NCBI GenBank assembly: GCA_030654075.1
Contig: JAURYB010000078.1
Coordinates: 12,918 to 76,917 of the forward strand
Reading direction: 5' to 3'
Length of the DNA: 64,000 nucleotides
Origin: Bacteroidales bacterium
GTDB taxonomy: Bacteria; Bacteroidota; Bacteroidia; Bacteroidales; UBA4417
Shown: positions 49,455 through 59,226 of the stretch, piece after piece
Layout of the letters: each line of letters starts with the position of its first letter
Numbering within the stretch: the stretch's first letter is position 1
Notes under the pieces: generated by a model
Told to the model about the DNA's origin: nothing
What the model saw: the letters and a program-made list of their open reading frames with translations, nothing else
Database searches by the model: none
Position numbers and translations under genes: made by a program

Positions 49455-52400
49455 ATGATAACAGCATTTACACTTAATCGCCATTTCCAGAGGAGTTTAT
49501 ACGTTTTAATGTTTACGCTTCTTTTTGCAGGCACTGCTTTTTCGCAGTCGGCAACAATTGTAGGAAGGATAACCGATGGTACTGATAAATCACCTTTGCC
49601 GTTTTCTTCAATTTCTGTAAAAGGCACAACAATAGGAGTTAGCACCGATATTGACGGGAAATATGTACTTGGAGGTGTGCCAGCGGGCAAACAAACGATA
49701 GTTTTCAGTTACATGGGTTATACTACTGCTGAAAAGGATGTTGAAATTAAATCAGGTTCTGCAACAACATTAGATATGACCTTATCGATTGAGGCCATAA
49801 TGAGTTCAGGAGTTGTAGTTACAGCTCAATTGCGGGGACAAATGCAGGCCATTAATCAACAGGTAAATGCAAAAGGAATTATAAATGTGGTATCGGCCGA
49901 AAAACTCAAGGAACTTCCTGACGGAAACTTAGCCGATGCTATGGGCCGACTGCCGGGGATCATGGTTCAGCGCGATGGCGGCGAAGGTGAAAAGATAATT
50001 ATCAGGGGATTGGATCCAAAATACAGTACAGTTTCAGTAAACGGAGCTTTGGCTCCGTCAACCGATGCTAAGGACAGAAGTGTGAATATGAACCTGATTT
50101 CGCCGGATATTATCAGCAGCCTGGAGGTTATGAAAGCGAATACTGCCGATAAGGATGCCGATGGATTAGGTGGTACCGTAAATATGGTTGTGAAGGAAGC
50201 GGATAAAAACCGGAAACTGAATTTTGGCTTACAGGGCGGTTACAGCGGACAAATTAAAGCTCTTGGAAACGCAAAGGGATCGCTGTTTTATAGTGAGCGT
50301 TTTTTTAAAAGCAAATTAGGTCTTATGCTCTCGGCAAGTGCTGAAATAACGGACAGAAGTTCCGAGCAGTTCAGGGCATATTATAGTGTGGCAGGCGATC
50401 CGGCTGTCGGGCAGGATTATGTTCAACCTCATATTACAAGCATCCGTTTAGAATCAAACCTGGAAAAACGTAACCGATACAATGTAAGCGCTAACATCGA
50501 TTACAATATCGGGAAATCATCCTTTAAAATGGTAAATATGTTCAGCCGGGCGGATAAAGATATATTCTCGCGCGAAAAAAGATACGATACAGATGGTTCC
50601 TTTATTAACTACAGTCAATTCGATATACAGGAAGAGGAATGGATGGTATCCAATTCAATTGACGCCAGGCACATCCTGGGAAGCACGGAACTTACATGGG
50701 GTGCTTCGCGTTCACAATCGCAACAAAATACGCCTTACGATCATTCCCTTTCGTTCCGCCATTCAAGCGCATTTGCTGTATCTCCTTCCGATTTGAGCCT
50801 GTTAAATCCATTTGATGTGCCTACAACAGAAAATTTAAGCGAACAACTGGAAAATTACTATTTGTATGATGGCACAATGCTGAATTATAAATCAGTAGAA
50901 ACTGAAATTAGTTTCTGGACGAATTATCAGATACCCTATAGTTTTGGTGATAATATTGGCGGTTTTCTGAAAGTGGGTGGAAAAGCAAGATGGAAAGAGC
51001 GGGAGCATAACAGCCGCCGCGGGTACGAGCGTTTTGATTCATTCTCCTCTGCAATTGCAGATCGCGAAAGTTATACGAAAGCTTCTAATGGACATGTGGG
51101 AATTGTCGATTTTATTGATAAAGATTTTCAGACAGACAACTTTTTATATGGCCTTAGTCCAAACCTGGAAATAGCCAATGCGCTGGACAGGTCATTATTA
51201 GCAGACTGGTACACGCGAAACAGTGGTCTTTACGATGATTTGCCAACCATTAAAGTAAGAGAAGACTATTGGGGTAACGAGGATATGTATGCAGCTTATG
51301 TAATGGGTGAAATGAATTTTGGGAAATACGTCTCTTTTATTCCCGGTGTTCGCTTCGATTATACCCAGATGACTTATACGGCATACAAAGGTGATGGCTT
51401 GCCACCCAACGATGATGCCAGCGCAGCATCGCTTGTATATGAGGAACAAACAGAAAGCTCAAATAATTTACATGTATTGCCGCAGATCCATTTAAGAGTG
51501 AAGCCATTCGAAGGTTTTGATATCCGGCTGGCATATACCAATACGCTTTCCCGACCGGATTTTGATTACCTGGCACCCCGTACTCAAATTTCACCGTCAA
51601 ATGGTACTGTAAAATACTCAACACCAAAAATAAAATCGGCAACCAGCGAAAACTTCGATATTATTCTGTCCTACTATCAACCCAAATTTGGATTTTTCAC
51701 TGTTAGTGCATTTCAAAAGAACATAAGCAATTTCGTTTACATGCGCACTGCGCTTATCAATAAAGGTACTGATACAGATCCTTCAGTATTCAATATCCCG
51801 GCACTTACAAACGGATATAAAATTACATATCCGGTTAATAACCCGGCAATGTCAACTCTCAGAGGACTGGAATTTGAAGTGCAAACCAATTTCAAATACC
51901 TGCCAAATCCTTTGAAAGGCATTGTATTAAGTGCCAATCTCACACTTATGGACTCGAAAACTGAATACCAGGCAACCTTATTCAAACGGATTGCAAATCC
52001 AAATTACGGACAGCCGGGAGAACCACGAGCCATTTTTGTCAATTCTGATACTGCCTATGTCGACAGATTGTTGAAGCAGCCTAATATTCTGGCAAATGTT
52101 TCATTGGGTTACGATATTAAAGGTTTTTCAGCCAGGCTTTCGTATTCCTACATGGGCAATATTTTAACAATGCCGCAATACCGGATTGATGGCGCCGACA
52201 TGGAAAGTACTTTAGCTTTCGACCGTTGGGATTTACAGTTGAACCAAAAAATAGGAAAAATGGTGAGCGTGTATGTCAGTGTGGAGAATATTTTCAATGA
52301 ATCGGACAGAGCCGTGCGCGATGTAACCGGTTATTACACCAGTATTGAGTATTACGGATTTGCCGCAAAACTGGGAGTGAAGATTAATGTTTTTAAATAA
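49455..52400 (+). CDS. TonB-dependent receptor, non-SusC type
   Basis: CarboxypepD-like N-domain; plug LPDGNLADAMGRLPG..RDGGEG..EVMKANTADKDADGLGGTVN; SRPDF; lacks the SusC LKDASS.AIYG signature. Confidence 0.9.
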   Translation: MITAFTLNRHFQRSLYVLMFTLLFAGTAFSQSATIVGRITDGTDKSPLPFSSISVKGTTIGVSTDIDGKYVLGGVPAGKQTIVFSYMGYTTAEKDVEIKSGSATTLDMTLSIEAIMSSGVVVTAQLRGQMQAINQQVNAKGIINVVSAEKLKELPDGNLADAMGRLPGIMVQRDGGEGEKIIIRGLDPKYSTVSVNGALAPSTDAKDRSVNMNLISPDIISSLEVMKANTADKDADGLGGTVNMVVKEADKNRKLNFGLQGGYSGQIKALGNAKGSLFYSERFFKSKLGLMLSASAEITDRSSEQFRAYYSVAGDPAVGQDYVQPHITSIRLESNLEKRNRYNVSANIDYNIGKSSFKMVNMFSRADKDIFSREKRYDTDGSFINYSQFDIQEEEWMVSNSIDARHILGSTELTWGASRSQSQQNTPYDHSLSFRHSSAFAVSPSDLSLLNPFDVPTTENLSEQLENYYLYDGTMLNYKSVETEISFWTNYQIPYSFGDNIGGFLKVGGKARWKEREHNSRRGYERFDSFSSAIADRESYTKASNGHVGIVDFIDKDFQTDNFLYGLSPNLEIANALDRSLLADWYTRNSGLYDDLPTIKVREDYWGNEDMYAAYVMGEMNFGKYVSFIPGVRFDYTQMTYTAYKGDGLPPNDDASAASLVYEEQTESSNNLHVLPQIHLRVKPFEGFDIRLAYTNTLSRPDFDYLAPRTQISPSNGTVKYSTPKIKSATSENFDIILSYYQPKFGFFTVSAFQKNISNFVYMRTALINKGTDTDPSVFNIPALTNGYKITYPVNNPAMSTLRGLEFEVQTNFKYLPNPLKGIVLSANLTLMDSKTEYQATLFKRIANPNYGQPGEPRAIFVNSDTAYVDRLLKQPNILANVSLGYDIKGFSARLSYSYMGNILTMPQYRIDGADMESTLAFDRWDLQLNQKIGKMVSVYVSVENIFNESDRAVRDVTGYYTSIEYYGFAAKLGVKINVFK

Positions 52401-52456
52401 TTAAGATTTATATAAACCCCAAATAGTTAACTAAAAACAATCAAAATTCTAATGTT

Positions 52457-53998
52457 ATGAAAAAACTGATTTTTACCAGCATGTTATTTTTGGCATCGTT
52501 TTTAACGATGGCTACTGATTGGCCTACTCAGGTAGTAGTTGTACAACCCGATGCCGGGATTAGTACCGGGGCTTTAAACGCTGCTGTTGCACAGTATGGC
52601 GGAACCCGAATTTATGAACTGAAACGTGGCGGACTTTATGTTTTAAATGCAGCAATACTTCCTTCACATCCTATATATATCAGGGCAGAAGCAGGTACCG
52701 GTGCAAGGCCTATGTTACAGCCGGGCGTTGACATCAGTGGAGTTTCAGTAGAATTGTTCCGCTTTTCGGGGGATGCCCGCTTAGAAAATCTCTATATGAC
52801 AGGTGTGGATGAATTAGGTAAGGTGGTAAAAAATATTATCCGTGTCAGTTTGCCAAACTTAACTATAACAGTGGATAAATGTTTCTTCGATTATGATGAA
52901 GCTTCTACTTTCAGGATTGAAGGTGCAAACTGTAAATTTTATTTTACAAATTGTGTTTTCAGAAATAATATGAACCTCCTTTCGCCATCCAACGGGCGAC
53001 CACTTGATACACGCGGAAATGCAGTTGAGCTCTTCAGTATTGAAAACTGCACTTTTTACAATATGACGTCCACACTTATCCGGACTGCAAATGCTCCAAT
53101 CAAGCAATTTATTTTTAATCAAAATACAGTGTATACCAATGTAGGAGGATTAAATTTTCAGTATTCGCAACATGTGGTAGCTAATAACAATATTTTTTAT
53201 AACTGCGGATTAACGGGAAGCGAAATTACATCGGGGGGCATAATCAGGATTGATTCAATTAAAACCAGCGTAGTTGGCATGACTGAAGGTGACAGAACAT
53301 TTGATTTCAGGAATAATTTATTTTTCCGCGAAAAAAGGTATAACGATATTCAGAAATTAGGTGCCGGATGTCCTAATAACACAGCTATCGACAGCATTTT
53401 TCATCCAAATGTAATTCCATTTATAAACAACGGTCAGTTCAAAATTGATGGATTGCTTCGCCAGGATGTTCCATTTACAAATGCACCTCAGGAAGGAATT
53501 GCTTACCTTGATTACTGGTGGAGCAAATGTTTGGTAAGCACAATATCATTGGGTTCAGGCGAAACTATGCCGGTTTTTGCAGCCGACGAAGATCCGCTCA
53601 CTATCGGTGAAGCTACAGGTGCAAATGCGTATAATTTCGGTTATCCGCAATCTTCACCTTTGGCAACAGCAGGATTAGGCGGCAAACCCATGGGCGACTT
53701 AAACTGGTTGTCTTTTTATACCGGAATTTCTCATTATTCGCCTGCTATAAATAAGATAAAAGTATTTGCAAACAAATCGGCAAACACTTTAACTTTTGAT
53801 TGTGCGGATATAAGCGCATCGAGATTGGATGTCAGGATTTATAGTGTAACAGGAAGCCTTGTAAGTTCAAAAAATAACCTGTATGCATCAGGCAACAGTT
53901 TTAATATGGCTCTGCCACAGCTTACAAACGGGATATATGTATACCTGATCACATTGGATAATAAAACAACTGAAAGAGGGAAATTCATTGTAAAATAA
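52457..53998 (+). CDS. T9SS-secreted beta-helix protein
   Basis: Signal peptide, IYELKRGGLY, repeats of NC.F.N, AGLGGKPMGDLNW, CTD LTNGIYVY...RGKFIVK. Confidence 0.75.
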   Translation: MKKLIFTSMLFLASFLTMATDWPTQVVVVQPDAGISTGALNAAVAQYGGTRIYELKRGGLYVLNAAILPSHPIYIRAEAGTGARPMLQPGVDISGVSVELFRFSGDARLENLYMTGVDELGKVVKNIIRVSLPNLTITVDKCFFDYDEASTFRIEGANCKFYFTNCVFRNNMNLLSPSNGRPLDTRGNAVELFSIENCTFYNMTSTLIRTANAPIKQFIFNQNTVYTNVGGLNFQYSQHVVANNNIFYNCGLTGSEITSGGIIRIDSIKTSVVGMTEGDRTFDFRNNLFFREKRYNDIQKLGAGCPNNTAIDSIFHPNVIPFINNGQFKIDGLLRQDVPFTNAPQEGIAYLDYWWSKCLVSTISLGSGETMPVFAADEDPLTIGEATGANAYNFGYPQSSPLATAGLGGKPMGDLNWLSFYTGISHYSPAINKIKVFANKSANTLTFDCADISASRLDVRIYSVTGSLVSSKNNLYASGNSFNMALPQLTNGIYVYLITLDNKTTERGKFIVK

Positions 53999-54039
53999 AT
54001 TTATTCCAGACGCAACTGCCACTACTCCAATTACATAAA

Positions 54040-55341
54040 ATGTCAAAACAAGAAAACAAAATAGGGAATTACCGGTACCGGATACTTGCATTGGTTTTTA
54101 TGGCCACTACTATCAACTATTTTGATAGAAGTATAATTGGAGTAATGGCACCCACCTTACAGCACCTTTTCGATTGGACCAACAAGGATTATGCTGCCAT
54201 AATGGTATCGTTTAAGATAGCTTATGGCATCGGGCTGCTGTTTATGGGAAGCATCATCGACCGCCTGGGAACCAAAGTCGGATATACACTTTCCATAGTA
54301 ATCTGGAGTGTTTTTGGAATGTTGCATGCAGTAATTAAGCCTGCTTTCAGTTTAGTTGGATTTATGATGGCACGTTTTGGTTTGGGAGTCGGCGAATCGG
54401 GCAATTTTCCTGCAGCTATAAAAACCGTCGGCGAATGGTTTCCTAAAAAAGACAGAGCTTTTGCTACGGGGATTTTCGATGCCTCAACCAGCGTTGGAGC
54501 TATTATAGCGCCTTTTGTTGTTGGTGCTATCGTTTCTGTTGATGGCAAAAACTGGCAAATTCCATTTTTGATTACAGGAGTCTTAAGCTCAATATGGGTT
54601 GTGCTCTGGCTCAAAACCTATAAAAAACCAGAGGTACATCCCAAAGTATCAAAAGAGGAGCTGGATTACATAAACTCTGATTCCGAACCGGAAACGAGCG
54701 AAAAAATTCCCTGGTTGAAACTATTGCCTAAAAAGGAAACATGGGCTTTTTCGCTCACAACAGTAACTGATGGAGTTTGGTGGTTTTACCTTTTCTGGGG
54801 AGCTAAATTCCTGGGCGAACAATTTGGGGTTGACATAAACAATATTGGACTGCCATTCTTAATCATTTTTGTTTTAGCCGATTTTGGAAGCCTATTGGGC
54901 GGATATGCATCAGGAGCTTTAATAAAAAAAGGATGGTCAATAAACAAAGCCCGGAAAATTACCTTGCTGGCATGTGCACTGATTATTTTACCTGTAGCGT
55001 TTGTGCCTGTAATTGCAAGTAAATGGCTCGCTGTTTTACTTATTGGTATTGCAGCTGCCGGACACCAGGCCTGGTCAGTAAATGGATATACAATGGCATC
55101 TGATGTTTTTCCCAAGAAAGCGACAGCTTCTGTAATTGGAATCGGGAAAATGATTGGTGTAGCCATAGCAGTAGTTGCAGATATTGCCTTAGGTTCAGTT
55201 TTGGATAAAGCCAATAACTCGGGTTATTTCTGGGCTTTCGTAATAGCCGGGTTCTCTTATCTTTTTATTTTAGGGTTTGTTCATTTACTCATGCCTAAAA
55301 TGACACCTCTGGACGATAATCTGAATTATATTTCTCAATAA
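54040..55341 (+). CDS. exuT: MFS hexuronate transporter (second ExuT-like copy)
   Basis: Collinear paralog of 18994-20289 (INYFDRS, GESGNFPAAIK, AAAGHQAWS). Confidence 0.82.
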   Translation: MSKQENKIGNYRYRILALVFMATTINYFDRSIIGVMAPTLQHLFDWTNKDYAAIMVSFKIAYGIGLLFMGSIIDRLGTKVGYTLSIVIWSVFGMLHAVIKPAFSLVGFMMARFGLGVGESGNFPAAIKTVGEWFPKKDRAFATGIFDASTSVGAIIAPFVVGAIVSVDGKNWQIPFLITGVLSSIWVVLWLKTYKKPEVHPKVSKEELDYINSDSEPETSEKIPWLKLLPKKETWAFSLTTVTDGVWWFYLFWGAKFLGEQFGVDINNIGLPFLIIFVLADFGSLLGGYASGALIKKGWSINKARKITLLACALIILPVAFVPVIASKWLAVLLIGIAAAGHQAWSVNGYTMASDVFPKKATASVIGIGKMIGVAIAVVADIALGSVLDKANNSGYFWAFVIAGFSYLFILGFVHLLMPKMTPLDDNLNYISQ

Positions 55342-55427
55342 TAATTCCTGAAGATGGATTTTATTGAACTCTTTTTTGTGATTTGAAACATCAATTTCTA
55401 TCAAACAAACACTATAAAAACCAAAAT

Positions 55428-58400
55428 ATGAAAAAACTAAAATTTACGCTTATCACATTGTTGATTGCATTGTTTAGTGCTTCGGTAAATGCAACAGGTT
55501 ATTTTGTAAAAACCGATGGTAACGATGCTAACGACGGACTGTCGTGGGCAACAGCTAAACTGACTATTGCAGCTGGAAATACCGCTGCCGTTTCGGGTGA
55601 TACTGTTTTTGTTGCCGGCGGAACGTATTTATTGACTGCCGTTATCAAACCGAAACCAGGTGTAAATGTGTATGGCGGATACGATGCAACTACCGGGTTA
55701 CGCGATCTGTCCAACCAGGAAACGATAATGAACGGACAGGGAAACCGAATTCTGCAAATCAGCAGCTCTAGCCCGGTTAATGAAGCAACTTTATGGGACG
55801 GTTTTACCATTACCGGAGGTAATAAAACTTCCGAAGGCGGCGGAGTAAGCCTTGCATCAGCCTTTTTTACACTTTCAAATTGCAAAATCACAGGAAATAC
55901 AGGTTCCTATGGTGGTGGTGTAAATGCCGCAGGTTGTAAAATTATTAATTGTATTATCGAAAACAACACAGCCATTAAAGGTGGCGGTGTATATGCATAC
56001 GATGGTTCGGGAACAATTATTGAAAACTGTATTATCCGTAACAATATAACCACATCAGCAGATGCATTGTTAGGTGGCGGAGGTATAATAGTTGGCGGAA
56101 CAACAGTAATGCAAAACTGCCTGGTTTACAATAACGAATCGTTGACTGTAGCCGGTGGATGCGATGTTCAGAAAGCCGGCAGCGTTATCAATTGCACGTT
56201 TGTAAACAATAAGTCGCCAAATTCAGGTGGTGTACGTATAGGATATAATGCCACCGTCGGCGGATCAATTACTTTCCAGAATAATATTGTATGGAATAAT
56301 TCATCGGCATCGGAGTTTATAGCTCCATCGGGAAGCTTTCAGAACATAATCACCAGCGCATTTGAGTCAGGAGCACCAGACGGTTCAATCAATTTAAGTG
56401 CCGCAAATCTGGATGTTACCGGCCCTAATTTTGTAAGCCCTTCATCAGCTGTTGGTTTTACTGCAGTTCCGGAAGAAATTATTGCCATAAATGCAGCCGA
56501 TTGGCGGTTAAAAGTTGCTTCACCTTGCATCGACGCAGGAACATCAACTAATGCGCCAATCACCTCATTGGGTGGGATTACCCGCCCAACTGCTTCCGGA
56601 TTTGAAATGGGAGCTTACGAAAACACATCGCGCAAATTTGTAAAAACCGATGGAAACGATGCCAACGACGGACTGTCATGGGCCACAGCTAAACTTACTA
56701 TTGCTGCTATGAATGCCGCAGTAAGTTCGGGCGATACAGTTTACGTGGCTGGTGGAACGTATTTATTGGCTGGTGTTATCAAACCTAAACCAGGTGCAAG
56801 TGTATTTGGTGGCTACGATGCAGTTACCGGATTACGCGATCTGACCAACCAGGAAACAATACTGAACGGACAAGGAAACCGTATTCTGCAAATCAGCAGC
56901 TCAAGCCCGGTGAATGAACCAACATTATGGGATGGTTTTACCATTACCGGCGGCAACAAAACTTCCGAAGGTGGCGGGGTAAGCCTGGCATCAGCCTTTT
57001 TTACACTTTCAAATTGCAAAATCACAGGAAATACAGGTTCCTATGGTGGAGGTATAAATGCAGCAGGCTGTAAAATTATTAATTGTATTATCGAAAACAA
57101 CACAGCCATCAAAGGTGGTGGTGTATATGCATACGATGGTTCCGGAACAATAATTGAAAACTGTATTATCCGCAATAATATAACCACATCAGCAGATGCG
57201 TTAGTAGGTGGTGGAGGTATAATAGTTGGAGGAACAGCAGTAATGAAAAACTGCCTTGTTTACAACAACGAGTCATTAACTGTAGCCGGTGGATGCGATG
57301 TTCAGAAAGCCGGACAGGTTATTAACTGCACGTTTGTAAACAATAAGTCGCCAAATTCAGGTGGAGTACGTATAGGATATAATGCCACCGTCGGCGGATC
57401 AATTACTTTCCAGAATAATATTGTATGGAATAATTCATCAGCATCGGAGTTTATAGCTCCATCGGGAAGCTTTCAGAATATAATCACCAGCGCATGTGAG
57501 TCAGGAGCACCAGACGGTTCAATCAATTTAAGTGCCGCAAATCTGGATGCTTCAGGTCCTAATTTTGTAAGCCCTTCATCAGTTGTCGGTTTTACTGCAG
57601 TTCCTGAAGAAATTATTGCCATAAATGCTGCCGACTGGCGGTTAAAAATTGCTTCACCTTGCATAGACGCAGGAACATCAACCAATGCGCCAATCACTTC
57701 ACTGGGTGGAATTGCCCGCCCGACTGCTGCAGGATTCGAAATGGGAGCTTATGAAAACACATCGCGCAAATTTGTAAAAACCGATGGAAACGATTCCAAC
57801 GACGGATTGTCATGGGCAACTGCCAAACTGACTATTGCAGCTGTAAATGCTGCTGCAACTTCGGGCGATACTGTTTATGTTGCTGGTGGAACGTATTTAT
57901 TGGCTGGTGTTATCAAACCTAAACCAGGTACAAGTGTATTTGGTGGCTACGATGCAGTTACCGGATTACGCGATCTGACAAACCAGGAAACTATACTGAA
58001 CGGACAAGGAAACCGTATTCTGCAAATCAGCAGTTCGAGCCCGGTGAATGAAGCAACCTTATGGGATGGTTTTACAATTACCGGTGGCAACAAAACATCC
58101 GAAGGCGGAGGAGTAAGCCTGGCATCAGCCTTTTTTACGCTTTCAAATTGCAAAATCACAGGTAATACAGGTTCGTATGGTGGCGGTGTGAATGCTGCAG
58201 GTTGCAAACTTATTAATTGTATTATCGAAAACAACACTGCCATTAAAGGTGGTGGTGTATATGCATACGATGGTTCGGGAACAATTATTGAAAACTGTAT
58301 AATCCGTAACAATAAAACCACATCAGCTGATGCCTTATTAGGTGGCGGAGGTATAATAGTCGGCGGAACAACAGTGATGCAAAACTGCCTGGTTTACAAC

Positions 58401-59144
58401 AACGAGTCGTTAACTGTAGCTGGTGGATGTGATGTTCAGAAAGCCGGCAGCGTTATCAATTGCACGTTTGTAAACAATAAATCGCCAAATTCGGGCGGAG
58501 TTCGCATAGGTTACAATGCCACTGTCGGCGGATCAATTACTTTCCAGAATAATATTGTCTGGAATAATTCATCAGCTTCTGAATTTATAGCTCCTTCGGG
58601 CAGTACTCAGAATATAATCACCAGCGCATTTGAGTCAGGAGCACCAGCCGGATCAATCAATTTAAGCGCCGTAAATCTGGATGCAACCGGCCCTATTTTT
58701 GCCAGTCCAACATCTGTTGTAGGTTTTACTGCTGTTCCTGAAGAAGTCGTTACTATCAACGCTGCCGATTGGCGGTTAAATGCAGGTTCTCCCTGTATCG
58801 ATGCAGGAACATCAACCAATGCGCCTGCCACTTCATTAGGTGGTATTCCTCGCCCGACCAATGGTGCTTTTGATATGGGAGCTTACGAATCTGACCTGGT
58901 AACAGGTTTAGCTGCCACTAAAAATCAAAAAGCTTTTACCATATATCCAAATCCTGTCAGTAATGCAGCAACGTTTAATGTTACTGGCGCGAAATCCGTA
59001 AAGGTTTTTGATATGGCCGGTCGTGCAATTAATTTGCCTTTTATCAACTCAAGAGCTGATGTTTCAGGTTTAACCAAAGGTATTTATACCATGGTTGTTT
59101 ATACAGGGAATGAAACATATACAACACGTATTGTAAAACAATAA
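55428..59144 (+). CDS. T9SS-secreted protein with three tandem 378-aa beta-helix modules
   Basis: Signal peptide from ATG 55428; each module runs GND.NDGLSWATA ... GGG repeats ... SPCIDAG..MGAYE; CTD IYPNPV...LTKGIY. Confidence 0.88.
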   Translation: MKKLKFTLITLLIALFSASVNATGYFVKTDGNDANDGLSWATAKLTIAAGNTAAVSGDTVFVAGGTYLLTAVIKPKPGVNVYGGYDATTGLRDLSNQETIMNGQGNRILQISSSSPVNEATLWDGFTITGGNKTSEGGGVSLASAFFTLSNCKITGNTGSYGGGVNAAGCKIINCIIENNTAIKGGGVYAYDGSGTIIENCIIRNNITTSADALLGGGGIIVGGTTVMQNCLVYNNESLTVAGGCDVQKAGSVINCTFVNNKSPNSGGVRIGYNATVGGSITFQNNIVWNNSSASEFIAPSGSFQNIITSAFESGAPDGSINLSAANLDVTGPNFVSPSSAVGFTAVPEEIIAINAADWRLKVASPCIDAGTSTNAPITSLGGITRPTASGFEMGAYENTSRKFVKTDGNDANDGLSWATAKLTIAAMNAAVSSGDTVYVAGGTYLLAGVIKPKPGASVFGGYDAVTGLRDLTNQETILNGQGNRILQISSSSPVNEPTLWDGFTITGGNKTSEGGGVSLASAFFTLSNCKITGNTGSYGGGINAAGCKIINCIIENNTAIKGGGVYAYDGSGTIIENCIIRNNITTSADALVGGGGIIVGGTAVMKNCLVYNNESLTVAGGCDVQKAGQVINCTFVNNKSPNSGGVRIGYNATVGGSITFQNNIVWNNSSASEFIAPSGSFQNIITSACESGAPDGSINLSAANLDASGPNFVSPSSVVGFTAVPEEIIAINAADWRLKIASPCIDAGTSTNAPITSLGGIARPTAAGFEMGAYENTSRKFVKTDGNDSNDGLSWATAKLTIAAVNAAATSGDTVYVAGGTYLLAGVIKPKPGTSVFGGYDAVTGLRDLTNQETILNGQGNRILQISSSSPVNEATLWDGFTITGGNKTSEGGGVSLASAFFTLSNCKITGNTGSYGGGVNAAGCKLINCIIENNTAIKGGGVYAYDGSGTIIENCIIRNNKTTSADALLGGGGIIVGGTTVMQNCLVYNNESLTVAGGCDVQKAGSVINCTFVNNKSPNSGGVRIGYNATVGGSITFQNNIVWNNSSASEFIAPSGSTQNIITSAFESGAPAGSINLSAVNLDATGPIFASPTSVVGFTAVPEEVVTINAADWRLNAGSPCIDAGTSTNAPATSLGGIPRPTNGAFDMGAYESDLVTGLAATKNQKAFTIYPNPVSNAATFNVTGAKSVKVFDMAGRAINLPFINSRADVSGLTKGIYTMVVYTGNETYTTRIVKQ
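55503..58889 (+). repeat. 3 x 1134-bp intragenic tandem repeat
   Basis: TTTGTAAAAACCGATGG recurs at 55503, 56637 and 57771. Confidence 0.95.
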
Positions 59145-59153
59145 GCATAAAAC

Positions 59154-59190
59154 AGCAACTCTTTCAATACCAGATATTGGAAGAGTTGCT
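59154..59190 (+). terminator. Hairpin after the repeat protein gene
   Basis: 16-bp stem AGCAACTCTTTCAATA / TATTGGAAGAGTTGCT followed by TT. Confidence 0.65.
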
Positions 59191-59226
59191 TTAATTCTCT
59201 CTTTAAGTATTCCAGGTAACATCAGA

